DNA of 64,000 nt, taken from Squalus acanthias. Its lineage: Eukaryota. Shown piece after piece: positions 1-11,716 of the stretch. The stretch's first letter is position 1. Each line of letters starts with the position of its first letter. The stretch covers positions 55,058,001-55,122,000 of the forward strand of contig CM059432.1 in NCBI GenBank assembly GCA_030390025.1, read 5' to 3'. The notes below the pieces were generated by a model. The model was not told the DNA's origin. It did not search any database and saw nothing but the letters and a program-made list of their open reading frames with translations. The translations under genes and the position numbers were made by a program.

Positions 1-356
1 CCATGAAGTTGTTACTCTTGGCCTTCCTGGCTTCAGAGGTCATGGGACTGCAAGGTGCTGTTGAAATAAGCTTTGCGAGTTGCTGCAGTGCATCCTGTAG
101 ATAGTGTGAACTGCAGCCACAATGCACCAGTGATGGATATTGAGTGCAGCGACATGGCATCGATCAAACGGACCACTTTGTCCTATACAGTGCCGTGGTT
201 CTTGATGCGGAGATGCCGGTGTTGGACTGGGGTGGACAAAAGTGAGAAGTCGCACAACACCAGGTTATAGTCCAACAGTTTTATTTGAAATCACAAGCTT
301 TCGGAGCTGCTGCTCCTTCGTCTTGAGTGTTACTGCAGCTGCACCCATCCAGGCAA
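1..356 (-). mobile_element. Decayed 3' ORF2 fragment of CR1-group LINE (same family as 3597-7665), interrupted by a pLTR fragment
   Basis: Reverse complement aligns by eye to ~7165-7400 (HHWCIVAAVHTIYRMHCSN vs HHWRTMAAVCTIYKMHCSN at 49.7 kb). Confidence 0.8.
206..320 (-). mobile_element. Solo Penelope-type pLTR fragment with truncated hammerhead motif
   Basis: TCTTGA TSD at 200-205 and 321-326; minus strand reads GACGA-A-GGAGC-AGCA-GCTCC-GAAAGCTT followed by AATAAA...GGACTATAACCTGGTGTTG. Confidence 0.7.
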
Positions 357-2647
357 AATGCATTGTTCTGTATAAGCTGCTAAAATCCTTCCTGCAGATC
401 GGTCTGCACTCTTGCTTCTAATTAAAGCCAGTTCTCACTAATTCCTGCATTTTGTCACCCAAGGTTCCCATAGCTGCAGTGTGAGCATCAATCTGAGATG
501 CATACACTATGCTTATGGTCTCATTGATTGAAGTTGCTGCAGCGTGTCCCACTGCATTTGAAACTTGCCAGATTTCAGTTGCTGAAAGGCTGGAGAAGTC
601 TTCCTCAAATGTCATTTTGTTCATTATGCTTCAGATATTATACACAGACTGATTCAGAGTGCCTGGACCTTGGTATACACAGGTCCCCTTTGAGCCAAAT
701 TAAGTGGGCGCACCAAACACATGGCTCAGCATCCTCTGCTTAAAGTGGTCAACTGAGAGACTACCAGGTAGGCATGCCTGTAGAGGGTTTAGAGATGTTG
801 GACTTCCATTCAGCATCTTCAAGTCTTTCTAAAGACTCCTCCAGTGACACTGCCTCTTCAATAATTCCTAATTCTTATGTTCTTATGTTCTTATAATGCT
901 GTTTCCTTCAAAGAGTGTACCCCATCATACTTTCCAATCCCATGGTGATTCTGTGCTGCCAATCTGTACAGAAAAGAAACACTCTTCCTGCTGCTCTTCC
1001 TCTTGCTCCTGTATGGCATCAGTGACTGCACTTGTGAGGAAAGTATATGGAACAATGGAGAGCATGAAAATATTACTATGCAGTCATGCTAGTCATTGTG
1101 AAACAAATTTCTTCTTTATTGGCTGGATGCAGTGATACTTGCTTCAGATGTAGTATTCTAAGCACATGGTATGTATGCAGGCATGCAAAAAAAATTCCGA
1201 GGATGTGGACTGCCCAGCTAAAGCCAACTTACTTAATAAAAGGGTCTTTCAGCCAATAAACTTTACTAGATGGACTTCCCAGGATAGCAAGATCTTCTTT
1301 CAGAACTGTCCTTTTCTTGATTTTTCTTTTACAAATATGAATTTACAATAACGGATAGTTTGTGTTTTCCATGGATGTGGAGGTCTACACAATTTGGAAG
1401 CAATTTGCACATTAATTTCAACTGTCACACCATATTTGCATGACATCTTGATGGCAGCAGGACACTTACTTCAGAAGCAGCTTGCCATTGATGGCAATAC
1501 AATGCATATTTGACCTTTCATTTATGTATTACTATTGTCTTACTTTTGTACTTTTGCACAAATTGTTCAACATCTTACTGACCTCATCCATAATCCAGGC
1601 CAGTTAAGGACACAACCTTCATCCTGTCATGCTGACATATGGTCTTGTTGGTGTTAGCACTCACTCAGCCACCTCTTATCTGTCAAGTACATGGCTGGGA
1701 GTTTCCTCGAAGATACTCCTGCTCCACCACCGCAACTTCACCCAAAGTTTGGCTGAAACCCTGTTTACACATAAATGGGGGTTTCTGTCGCACTTCTGGT
1801 GAAGTTACCGTGGTGGAGCAGGAGGAATTCCGAAGAAATATCTACAGTTTTGGACAGAGACCAGCCTGTGAAGAGTTTTTCTTGTGTGCAGTTGAAACAT
1901 ATTCGTCCAGAATAGAGATGTCTGCAGCTGGCTTAACGTTGTCAGGTGTTACATAAACCAATTCAGAAGTGTGAAACCGGTAATATCAGAGCTAAATTGC
2001 AATTAACCAGATTTCTGGTGTTCGTACTAATGCCAACATGGGCGAAAAGATTGTGGAAAACAAATTAATTTCACATCGAAGAAAGTTAGCATTAAATAAC
2101 CCAAAACCCAAAAGAACATTAACTTATTTATGAGCTGGAAGTAGATAATGGAGATTGCTAAAAAAAAATATTATCAATTGTTAACTAATCCTCTTGTGTG
2201 TTTTACTATATCTCTATTTCTTTCAATATTCATTGTGGTTACTGGAGAAAAATAGTGAAACATGCAACTATTGACAAGGTTTTCAAATTTCCGTTTATTT
2301 TTATTGGAGCACCTTAGCTGTAGGTTTCTGCTGAAAATGCAATCCTAGAAAAACATCAGAATGAAAAAATAATCCAGATTGTTTCTGGAAAAGTTAGGAT
2401 TGTAACAAGTGACTTGAATGTTTACTTTAGATCATTGAGACTTTACTGGCGTTTCCTGCAAATGAAGCTGAAATCTAAGGTGATTATAATCTCTGGATTC
2501 AGACTTTGAGACTTCTTCTCTGGCTATACTTAACACTAAAGGGGTCATTTCTGAATTTTGCACACACAACATTTTGCCTCACCCACTGGGAGTGTATATC
2601 AGAAATGATTGTATGACCATTGATGGCTGGAAATTCATGCACGGCTC

Positions 2648-2787
2648 CAATGTTCCCTCTCATTTTTTGGGGGGTGCGCGGCCCCTTTAAACTTGCGCGC
2701 ATGCGCGGTTTTTCCCTTGAGAAACCGGCAAGCGGCTTCCGCGGGAGCTTCAGACAGCTGCGCAGCCGCAGTTAAAAGGGAACATTG
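2648..2787. mobile_element. 140-bp hAT-type MITE
   Basis: TIR CAATGTTCCCT / AGGGAACATTG; 8-bp flanks CACGGCTC / TGCGGCAC reconcile as a CpG-decayed TSD. Confidence 0.75.
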
Positions 2788-3720
2788 TGCGGCACATGTC
2801 TGAATTTTTGCGTTACACTCCCCACCAGAAGCACAAAGTCGGAAAACTATCCTTTAAATTGTCTCTTTGAAAAAAATGAAGGAATGCTTGTTTTTCTTCA
2901 CTGAAAATGCAGTTAATTTTTCAGCCGGTGACTAATTTGCAGTTTGATTCCAAAATACAAAATATAGTTGGATTGTGGTGGGAGGTTTGTTTTGATTGGA
3001 ATAATAATACAACAAAAATTCTGTATAGTCATAAAAATTCACATAGTGAAGAAAACTGGAGTGAGGCCGCTGCATTCGTAGGTTTAGTTCAAAACCATCA
3101 ACATCTGCAGTTGGCAATCTGAAAGTCCCTGGGGACCATGTAGACTCCAAAGTGTGCTGATCTGTTTCCTGCTTTTGTTATTATTGCTTAGCTGGAACTT
3201 TATATCCCATGGGTTTCAGTGAATGATATTGCTCCCAATTCTCAGACAGTAGTGTCAGCATGCCAAAGACTATTGTTGGGTTTCCTGTGCTTGGTGTTAA
3301 TTTCATATTGTATAAAGGAATACAGAAAAAAAAATCATTTAAAAGCATTAAAACTATTATTCAACTGGGGCAGAGATCTCATCATATAGAAGGCAAGTGT
3401 CTTTGTGGGTAATACTTGGTCCATGTGATATCCTGGACTAGTTTTGATCGACTGAGGGGATCGGAGAGGAATTTTCCAGAGTATTTTTCCCCTTATTGGT
3501 CCTGAGTTTTATCTCTGCTATTTGCCTCTCTCAGGAGATTACATGGCTGCAATGGTGGGTGGAGAGAGGAGGAGTGAGGGAAGTGTTTAGTCATTACAGG
3601 AACGGTAGTATAGTTATGTTACTGGAATAGTAATCCAGAGGTCTGGACTAATAATCCGGAGACGTGAGTTCAAATCCCACCACGGCAGCTGTGGAATTTA
3701 AATTCTGTTAACTAAATAAA

Positions 3721-4530
3721 TAAGAACATAAGAATTAGGAGCAGGAGTAGGCCAATCGGCCCTTCGAGCCTGCTCCGCCATTCAATAAGATCATGGCTGA
3801 TCTGATCCTCACCTCAAATCTAAAGAACACAAGAAGTAGGAGCAGGACCCGGCCACTCAGCCCCTGGGCCTGCTCCGCCACCCACAGGGCCTTGACCGAT
3901 CCGAACTCAGCCTCATGTCCAATTTCCTGCCCGCTCCCCGTAACCCCTAATTCCCTTTACTTCTAGGAAACTGTCTATTTCTGTTTTAAATTTATTTAAT
4001 GATGTAGCTTCCACAGCTTCCTGGGGCAGCAAATTCCACAGACCAGATTATGCCCCCTAGTTCTAGTTTCACCCATCCTTGGGAACATCCTTACCGCATC
4101 CACCCGATCAAGCCCCTTCACAATCTTATATGTTTCAATAAGATCGCCTCTCACTCTTCTGAACTCCAATGAGTAGAGTCCCAATCTACTCAACCTCTCC
4201 TCATATGTCCATCCCCTCATCCCCGGGATTAACCGAGTGAACCTTCTTTGTACTGCCTCGAGAGCAAGTATGTCTTTTCTTAAGTATGGACACCAAAACT
4301 GTATGCCGTATTCCAGGTGCGGTCTCACCAACACCTTATATAACTGCAGCAATACCTCCCTGTTTTTATAATCTATCCCCCTAGCAATAAAAGCCAACAT
4401 TCTGTTGGCCTTCTTGATCACCTGCTGCACCTGCATACTAACTTTTTGATTTTCTTGCACTAGGATCCCCAGATCCCTTTGTACTGCAGTATTTTCCAGT
4501 TTCTCGCCATTAAGATAATAACTTGCTCGA
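3721..4530 (-). mobile_element. 5'-truncated CR1 LINE nested in the SINE-like head, with duplicated 3' terminus
   Basis: ORF2 C-terminus (LVRPHLEY, YEERLSRLGLYSLE); (TTCTTATG)-type tail at 3721; second divergent tail at ~3823; inserted in AATAAAT tract. Confidence 0.9.
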
Positions 4531-4849
4531 ATAATAATAATAATAAATCTGGAATAAAAAGCTAGTATCAGTAATGATGACCATGAAACTACTGGATTGT
4601 CGTAAAAACCCATCTGGTTCACTAATGTCCTTCAGGGAAGGAAATCTGCCATCCTTACCTGGTCTGGCCTCTATGTGACTCCAGACCCACAGCAATGTGG
4701 TTGACTCTTAACTGCTTTCTTAACTGCCTAGCAAGCTACTCAGTTGTAACAAACCGCTACAAGAAACAATAATAAGAATAAAAGCGGACGGACCACCCGG
4801 CATCGACCTCGGAACCGGCTTCGGACACGACAACAGCACACCTAGCCCA

Positions 4850-7520
4850 GTCAACCCTGCAGAGACCTCCTCAGTAGCAGCTGGGGACTTGTGCCAAAAT
4901 TGGGAGAACTGTCCCACAGACTAGTCAAGCAACAGCCTGACATAGTCATACTAACAGAATCATACCTTTCTGCCAATGTCCCAGACTCCTCCTTCACCAT
5001 CCCTGGGTATATCCTGTCCCACCGGCAGGACAGACCCACCAGAGGTGGCGGCACAGTGGTATACAGTTGGGAGGGGATGGCCCTGGGAGTCCTCAACATT
5101 GACTCCAGACCCCATGATGTCTCATGGCATCAGGTGATTAGCCCTCCCTCAGCTGATGAATCAGTACTCCTCCATGTTGAACACCACTTGGAAGAAGCAC
5201 TAAGGGTAGCAAGGGCACAGAATGTTCACTGGGCAGGGGACTTCAATTTCCATACTCAAGAGTGGCTCGGTAGCACCACTACTGACCGAGCTGGCTGAGT
5301 CCTGAGGGACATAGCTGCTAGACTGAGCCTGCAGCAGGTGGCGAGAGAACCAACACGAAGGAAAAACCTAATTGACCTTGTCCTCACCAATCTACCAATC
5401 ACAGATGCATCTGTCCATGACAGTATTGGTAGCAGTGACCATTGCACAGTCCTTGTGGAGACGAAGTCCTGTCTTCACACTGCGGGCATCCTCCATTGTG
5501 TTGTGTGGCACTACCACCGTGCTAAATGGATATATTCAGAACACATCTAGCAGCTCAAAGCTGGGCATCCATGAGGTGCTGTGGGCCATCAGCAGCAGCA
5601 GCAGAATTGTATTCCACCACAATCTGTAACCTCATGGCCCGGCATATCCCTCACTCTACCATTAACATCAAGACAGGCGACCAACCCTGGTTCAATGAGG
5701 AGTGTAGAAGAGCATGCCAGGAGTAGCACTAGGTGTACCCAACAATGAGGTGCCAACACAGGACTACATGCATGTTAAACAGCGGAAGCAGCATGCTATA
5801 GACAGAGCTAAGCGATCCCACAACCAATGGATCAGATCAAAGCTCTGCAGTCCTGCCACATCTAGTCGTGAATGGTGGTGGGCCATTAAACAACTGACGG
5901 GAGGAGGAGGTTCCATGAACATCCCCATCCTCAATGATGGCAGAGCCTAGCACATGAGTGCAAAAGACAAGACTGAAGCATTTGCAACCATCTTTAGCCA
6001 GAAGTGCTGAGTAGAAGATCCATCTTGGCCTCCTCCTGAGGTCACCACTATCACAGAAGCCAGTCTTCAACCAATTCATGTGATATCAAGAAACGGCTGA
6101 GCGCACTGGATACAGCAAAGGCTATGGGCCCCGAGAATATCCTGGCTGTCGTACTGAAGACTTGTGCTCCAGAACTAGCCGTGCCTCTAGCCAAGCTGTT
6201 CCAGTACAGCTATGACACTGGCATCTACCCGACAATGTGGAAAATTGCCCAGGTATGTCCTGTCCACAAAAAGCAGGACAAATCCAATCGGGCCAATTAC
6301 CGCCCCATCAGTCTACTCTCAATCATCAGCAAAGCGATCGAAGGTGTTGTCGACAGTGCTATCAAGCAGCACTTGCTTACCAATAACCGGCTCACCGATG
6401 CTCAGTTTGGGTTCCGCCAGGACCACTCGGCTCCAGACCTCATTACGGCCTTGGTCCAAACATGGACAAAAGAGCTGAATTCCAGAGGTGAGATGAGAGT
6501 GACTGCCCTTGACATCAAGGCAGCATTTGACCGAGTGTGACATCAAGGAGCCCTAGTAAAACTGAAGTCAATGGGAATCAGGGGGAAAAATCGCCTCTGG
6601 CTGGAATCATACCTAGCACAGAGGATCGTGCTTGTGGTTGTTGGAGGCCAATCATCACAGCCCCAGGACATCGCTGCAGGAGTTCTTCAGGGCAGTGCCT
6701 TAGGCCCAACCATCTTCAGCTACTTCATCAATGACCTTCCCTCCATCATAAGGTCAGAAGTGGGAATGTGCGCTGATGATTGCACAGTGTTCAGTTCCAT
6801 TCGCAACTCCTCAGATAATGAGGCAGTCTATGCTCAGATGCAGCAAGACATTCAGGCTTGGGCTGATAAGTGGCAAGTAACATTTGCGCCACACAAGGGC
6901 CAGGCAATGACTATCTCCAACAAGCGAGAGACTAATCACCACCCCTTGACATTCAATGGCATTACCATTGCCGAATCCCCCAACATCAACATCCTGGGGG
7001 TCACCATTGACCAGAAACTTAACTAGACCAGCCACATAAATACAGCGGCTACAAGAGCAGGCCAGAGGCTGGGTATTCTGCGGTGAGTGTCTCACCTCCT
7101 GACTCCCCAAAGCCTTTCCACCATCTACAAGGCACAAGTCAGGAGTGTGATGGAATACTCTCCACTTGCCTGAATGAGTGCAGCTCCAACAACACTCAAG
7201 AAGCTCGACACCATCCATGACAAAGCAGCCCACTTGATTGGCACCCCATCCACCACCTTAAACATTCACTCCCTCCACCACCGGCGCACCGTGGTTGCAG
7301 TGTGTACCATCTACAAGATGCACTGCAGCAACTTGCCAAGGCATCTTTGACAGCATCTCCCAAACCCATGATCTCTACCACCTACAAGGACAAGGGCAGT
7401 AGGCACAGGGAACACCATCACATCCATCTTCCCCTCCAACTCACACACCATCCTGACTTGAAAATATATCGCCGTTCCTTCATAGTCACTGGGTCAAAAT
7501 CCTGGAACATCCCTCCCTAA
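4850..7520 (+). pseudogene. LINE ORF2 (APE endonuclease + reverse transcriptase), multiple stops/frameshifts
   Basis: Motifs ILTESYL, GDFN, SDH, NYRPISLLS, QFGFR, LDIKAAFDRV, QGSALGP, CADD across consecutive ORFs. Confidence 0.92.
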
Positions 7521-8145
7521 CAGCACTATGGGAGTACCTTCACCATGCAGACTGCAGTGGTTCAAGAAGGCAGCTCACCACCACCTTCTCAAGGGCAATT
7601 AGGGATGGGCAATAATTGCTGGCCTTGTCAGCTACACTCATATCCCAGGAACGAATAAAATAAAATGATGCTCTAGCCATCATGATTGTGGGGCAGGCAT
7701 GATGGACCAGCTAGTCTTTTCCTGCCTGTGAATTTTGTATGTTTGTATTATAAATCTTAAACATTTAATCGCCTCCCAGGAACTGAGGGGGAAAAATTCA
7801 GTCGCGCCCCGTTTGGGGCGCACATATCATCCGGGCGCAAAAATTAGCACCTGGCGCTAATTATCGCCACTGACTGGAAACTTCACTTTTAACGCCCCTG
7901 GAGGTGATTGGAGCGCTAAATCAGGCGCTGCACACCTGTCTTAAGGCGCAAAGGCCGAGGAGTGAGGCGCTAACTCAGAGCTCGAGCGCAGCGCAGGTGC
8001 TGCCAGTTAGCGAGGGAACACAGACACACTGGCGCCGGCCAGTTCTTAAAGGGGGGGGGGCGATCTTGCTCCCCAGCCACACCCTGCTCATTGCAGCCTT
8101 GAATCTCGGCCTGGAGAGACCTGTGAATCCATTTTGCAGCCAAGG

Positions 8146-10043
8146 ATGGAGAGGGTGAGAGAACGAGCTCAGCGCTTCACCGAGCGGGCCTTGGATGCTC
8201 TGGTTGGCGCGGTGGAGCGCCGAAGAGCAATACTGTACCCAGAGAGTGGCAGGAGGCCTTTGCCGCGCGACTACAGAAGAGTGTGGAGGGAGGTGGCTCA
8301 GCGCGTCTCCTCCAGGAGCATGGTGCCCAGGACCCATGTCCAATGCCGGAAAAAGTTCAACGACCTCACTCGGGTCGTCAGGGTGAGTGGCTTTTTTGCA
8401 ATACCTCTCCATCCCTCCATCTCAACCTCACTCTATGGCCAGAGGGTCTTAAAACCACAATTAACAACACTCATCCAACACCTATGGCCCTTTCATGAAG
8501 CACACACACACATTCCATACTTTGCATACAGTAAGGGCCATTCACCTATGGGAGGCACATCAGGCAAGACCATGGCTGTATACAGTAAGGGCTATTCACC
8601 TATGGGAGGCACATCAGGCAAGACCATGGCTGTATACAGTAAGGGCTATTCACCTATGGGAGGCACATCAGGCAAGACCATGGCTGTATACAGTAAGGGC
8701 TATTCACCTATGGGAGGCACATCAGGCAAGACCATGGCTGTATATTTACTCAGACGCCGTCCTTTTTCTTGCAGGCCAAGCTGGCGCATAATAGGAGACA
8801 GCAGCAACGGATGGGTGGAGGGCGGCCTCAGCTGCAACCCCTCAGCGATCTGGAGGAGCGCGTCCACAGGATTGTGGCAAGCCGGGTGATCGGTCCCATC
8901 GCCACTGGAGACGCCGACCCCGTTCTGGACAGCAATGGTAAGGTCATCACCTTTTTGTCCTCTGTCCTTCCACTTGTCCCTCACAACACCAGCCTTTGAC
9001 ACTTTCAATCCAACTTACTAACTCGCTGCACTTATTCCTCCCTTACTGCCACCCTGTCCTCACGCTAAAGCCACTCTTGTACCTCCCTGCTTTCAGATGG
9101 TGATTCACCAGCTGAGGAGACGGGCCCTGAAGCTGCCAGTGGGAGTGAAGCTGCAGCCGAGGAGGAAGAGGAAGCCGGAGCATCAGTGCCACCCTCTCCC
9201 GAGGAAGCCCATGCCGACACTGGGAACACGCCTTCCCTGGAGGGGAGCAGGGGGGAAGGGTCTGATGAGGGTGAAGCTCCAGGACCCAGCGGGCTGCAGC
9301 AACGCGATGGGGGTAGGGAAGCTCGGGGGCCTTCTCCCCGGAGGGAGAGTATGCCAGCGAGCCCTGCTGCACTGGACGCAGAGGAGGAGCGGCTGATCGC
9401 GGAAATGAACACCCAGGCGCTGGGCATGCACACTGAGCTCATGGCTGCAGTGGGTAGGGTGCCCGAATGCATTGAAGCACTGGCAAGGAGTGTGGAGCAC
9501 TTCGCTGCAGCGCAGGCGGATGCGACACTGAAGCTCAGTGCTGCAATTCAATCTCAGACTGCTCTCATGCAGACTTAGATTGAGGCCACGCGAGTACTGT
9601 CTGCTGCCATCCTCGCTGGTTCATTCACATTTCCCCGGGGCTCTCACCGCGCCGCAGCAGGCCAGCAATCTGTGCTCCAGCAGATTGCTCCGGATGCTGA
9701 GGTGCTGCCCCGTGGGAGTGCCAGTGTGCCGGTCGAGCAGGGAGTTGCTGTCCTCGCTCAAGATGACAGCATTCCTGCTGCCACCACTGTCACTTCTCCA
9801 CTGCAGTTGCCACCGCCTGTAGGACAGACTGCTGCCGCCCATGCAGAGTTGGTGCAGTCTGCAGCCGGGCCCTCCAGGCCCAGAACTGGTCGAGGCCGTC
9901 CCTCAAGGGCATCTGCATTGTCAGGGCCTGACAGTCAGCAGCCTTCCACCAGCCTTGCTGCAGCCACTGAGGTCCCATTGCGGAGGAGCAGTAGGGTAAG
10001 AAGGGGGGAAGGGCGCACGGGAAGGAGTTCACCCTCGATGTAG
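8146..10043 (+). pseudogene. Harbinger A Myb/SANT-like DNA-binding protein, exons 8146-8382, 8775-8937, 9097-10043; one in-frame TAG at 9576-9578
   Basis: MERVRERAQRFTE...WREVAQRVS...QCRKKFNDL (Myb/SANT, NAIF1/MSANTD-like); GT-AG introns (GTGAGT..TTGCAG phase 0; GTAAGG..TTTCAG phase 1) join the ORFs in frame. Confidence 0.9.
8527..8744 (+). repeat. Tandem repeat, 4 x 54 bp, inside Myb intron 1
   Basis: Unit TACAGTAAGGGCTATTCACCTATGGGAGGCACATCAGGCAAGACCATGGCTGTA starts at 8527, 8581, 8635, 8689; near-identical copies. Confidence 0.97.
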
Positions 10044-10070
10044 GAGGTGTGACAAAATGCTGGTCATTTT

Positions 10071-10079
10071 TTTATTAAA
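10071..10079. terminator. Candidate overlapping bidirectional polyadenylation signal
   Basis: TTTATTAAA gives ATTAAA on plus and AATAAA on minus between the convergent stop codons; further AATAAA at 10221 (+) and 10171-10176 (-). Confidence 0.4.
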
Positions 10080-10354
10080 GGCCGAGGTTCGTGGTCAAAC
10101 TTTTGTTGAGTGTTTTGCACATGATCTCCAGGTTGTGAGAACCAGTTATGGTAATGACTGTTTTTTTGTGTTTATTTGTATGAGTTTGTCATGAAGAAAT
10201 GACACACACAGAGTTTGTAAAATAAATAAGTTTTGGTACTCAAAATATACATGTTTGATGTTTGGAATCAGTGGTGCCTTGGCCGGCTTAGGGGTTGCGT
10301 GTTGGGTTCATTCATGCTGTTCTCAATGGCAGAAGCCATTTCCACAGCAGGGGC

Positions 10355-11515
10355 CTAGAAGCGGCTTGCTATCAGCCGCTGACGGACGGCCCTTGCAGTT
10401 TCACCATTGTGGGCCGCCCTCACGCCTTGGTGCTGCTGCTGATCATCCTCCTCCTCCTCTTTCTCCTCTTCCTCCTCCTCCTCTGGTGGTGCTCCAAGGC
10501 CTGGTGGCATTGGCTGGGTCCTGAGGATTGCCATGTTATGCAGCATGCAGCACACAACTACGATGCTGGAAACTCACTCAGGCGAGTACTGCAGGGCTCC
10601 TCCAGAATGGTCGAGACAGCGGAACCGTTGCTTGAGCACGCCGATTGTGTGCTCCACGATGTTCCTGGTAGCTTGATGGCTCTCGTTGTACCGCAGCTCA
10701 GCAGGGGTGTTGGGCGTACGGAGCGGTGTCATCAGCCAGGTGCACAGTGGATACCCCTTGTCCCCGAGAAGCCAACCAACTGGCTGATGCGGTGCCTCGA
10801 AAAGTTCTGCCACAGTAGTCTGGCGCAGGATGAAAGCATCGTGGCAGCTGCCAGGATAGTGGGCATTGACAGCGAGTATCAGCTGTCTGTGGTCACAGAC
10901 CAACTGAACATTCAAGGAATGGAACCCCTTTCTGTTCCGGAAATCCTCGGCATTCTCATGCGGAGCACGCAAAGCCACATGTGTGCAGTCAATGGCGCCC
11001 TGCACCATGGGGAAGCCCACTATCCTCGCAAAGCCCAGAGCGCGTTCTTGCTGCTTGTCTGGGGTCATGGGGAAAGAGATGAACTCTCGTCTCCTTTTAA
11101 AGAGGGCATTTGTGACCTTCCTGATGCAGCAGTGCACCGCGAACTGGGAGATATTGGTGATGTCCCCAACAGCAGATAGAAATGAGCCAGTAGCATAAAA
11201 GTTCAGAGCCACTGTGACCTTCACTGCCACCGACAGAGACGTCCTGGACCTCAGCTGAGGCTGCAGATCTGGCTGCAGCAGGTGGCAGCGCTCAGTGACC
11301 ACCTCCTTGCTGAAGCGCAGCCTTCGCAGACACTGCTCCTCAGACATATGAATGTAGGAGAGCTGTTCACAATATACCCTGGGAGGGTAAGCTCTCCTGT
11401 ACAGACGCCTGTTGGCCCTCCTCCGTCTGGCCATCATTGCCACTCTCTCTCTGCATCTCTGTGTCCTCCGATTCAGCTGGCGCAGGACGACGCCCCCCAT
11501 CAGTGCAGCCCCCAT
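10355..11515 (-). pseudogene. Harbinger A DDE transposase (HARBI1-like family); single in-frame TGA at 10574-10576
   Basis: GAIDCTHV, GDKGY, IVEHTIG catalytic triad; frame continues past the TGA into VSSIVVVCCMLHN and an acidic tail. Confidence 0.95.
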
Positions 11516-11703
11516 ATCTCTAAGCAAGCAAAGTTATGAAGGCCAGAAACCAAAGTACCAGCGAAGTTAGGATGAGTAGCCAAAACTACCTGACACAGCG
11601 TTGACTCAATGCAGAAGTCTCTCTTTCTCTCTCTCCGAATCTCTCTCTCTCTCTCAGAACGAGTGGTGCAAAAATGTCCACCACAGAGAAAGACAGGAAG
11701 AGG

Positions 11704-11716
11704 CCCCCTTTAAATA
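11704..11716 (-). promoter_or_regulatory. TATA-like element upstream of transposase A
   Basis: TATTTAAAGGGGG on minus ~190 bp upstream of the ATG; analogous CTTAAAGGGG at ~8045 upstream of the Myb ATG; both retained in the 880-bp MITEs. Confidence 0.4.

Larger units (their letters stand above)
3597..7665 (+). mobile_element. Near full-length CR1-group LINE with tRNA/SINE-like 5' head, no ORF1 seen
   Basis: B box GAGTTCAAATCCC 3666-3678; SINE-like body to ~4750; APE+RT ORF2 remnants; 3' tail CAAGGGCAATTAGGGATGGGCAATAA...AATAAAATAAAA; host CR1 3'UTR sequence rejoins across the insert (CATTA|TGATG, compare 52100-52200 minus). Confidence 0.8.

Noticed and set aside
418..1720. Possible host exons on the minus strand
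   Set aside because: Frames are broken; at most an ancient Myb-gene relic, too degenerate to call
8527..8744. CRISPR-like array (also 43632-43833)
   Set aside because: Head-to-tail tandem units without unique spacers, in a eukaryotic context
10295..11179. 294-aa plus-strand ORF
   Set aside because: Antisense shadow of the transposase; no recognisable domain
8146..11515. Domesticated host genes HARBI1 / NAIF1 / MSANTD
   Set aside because: ORFs sit within TIRs and a TSD and carry nonsense codons; they are transposon genes
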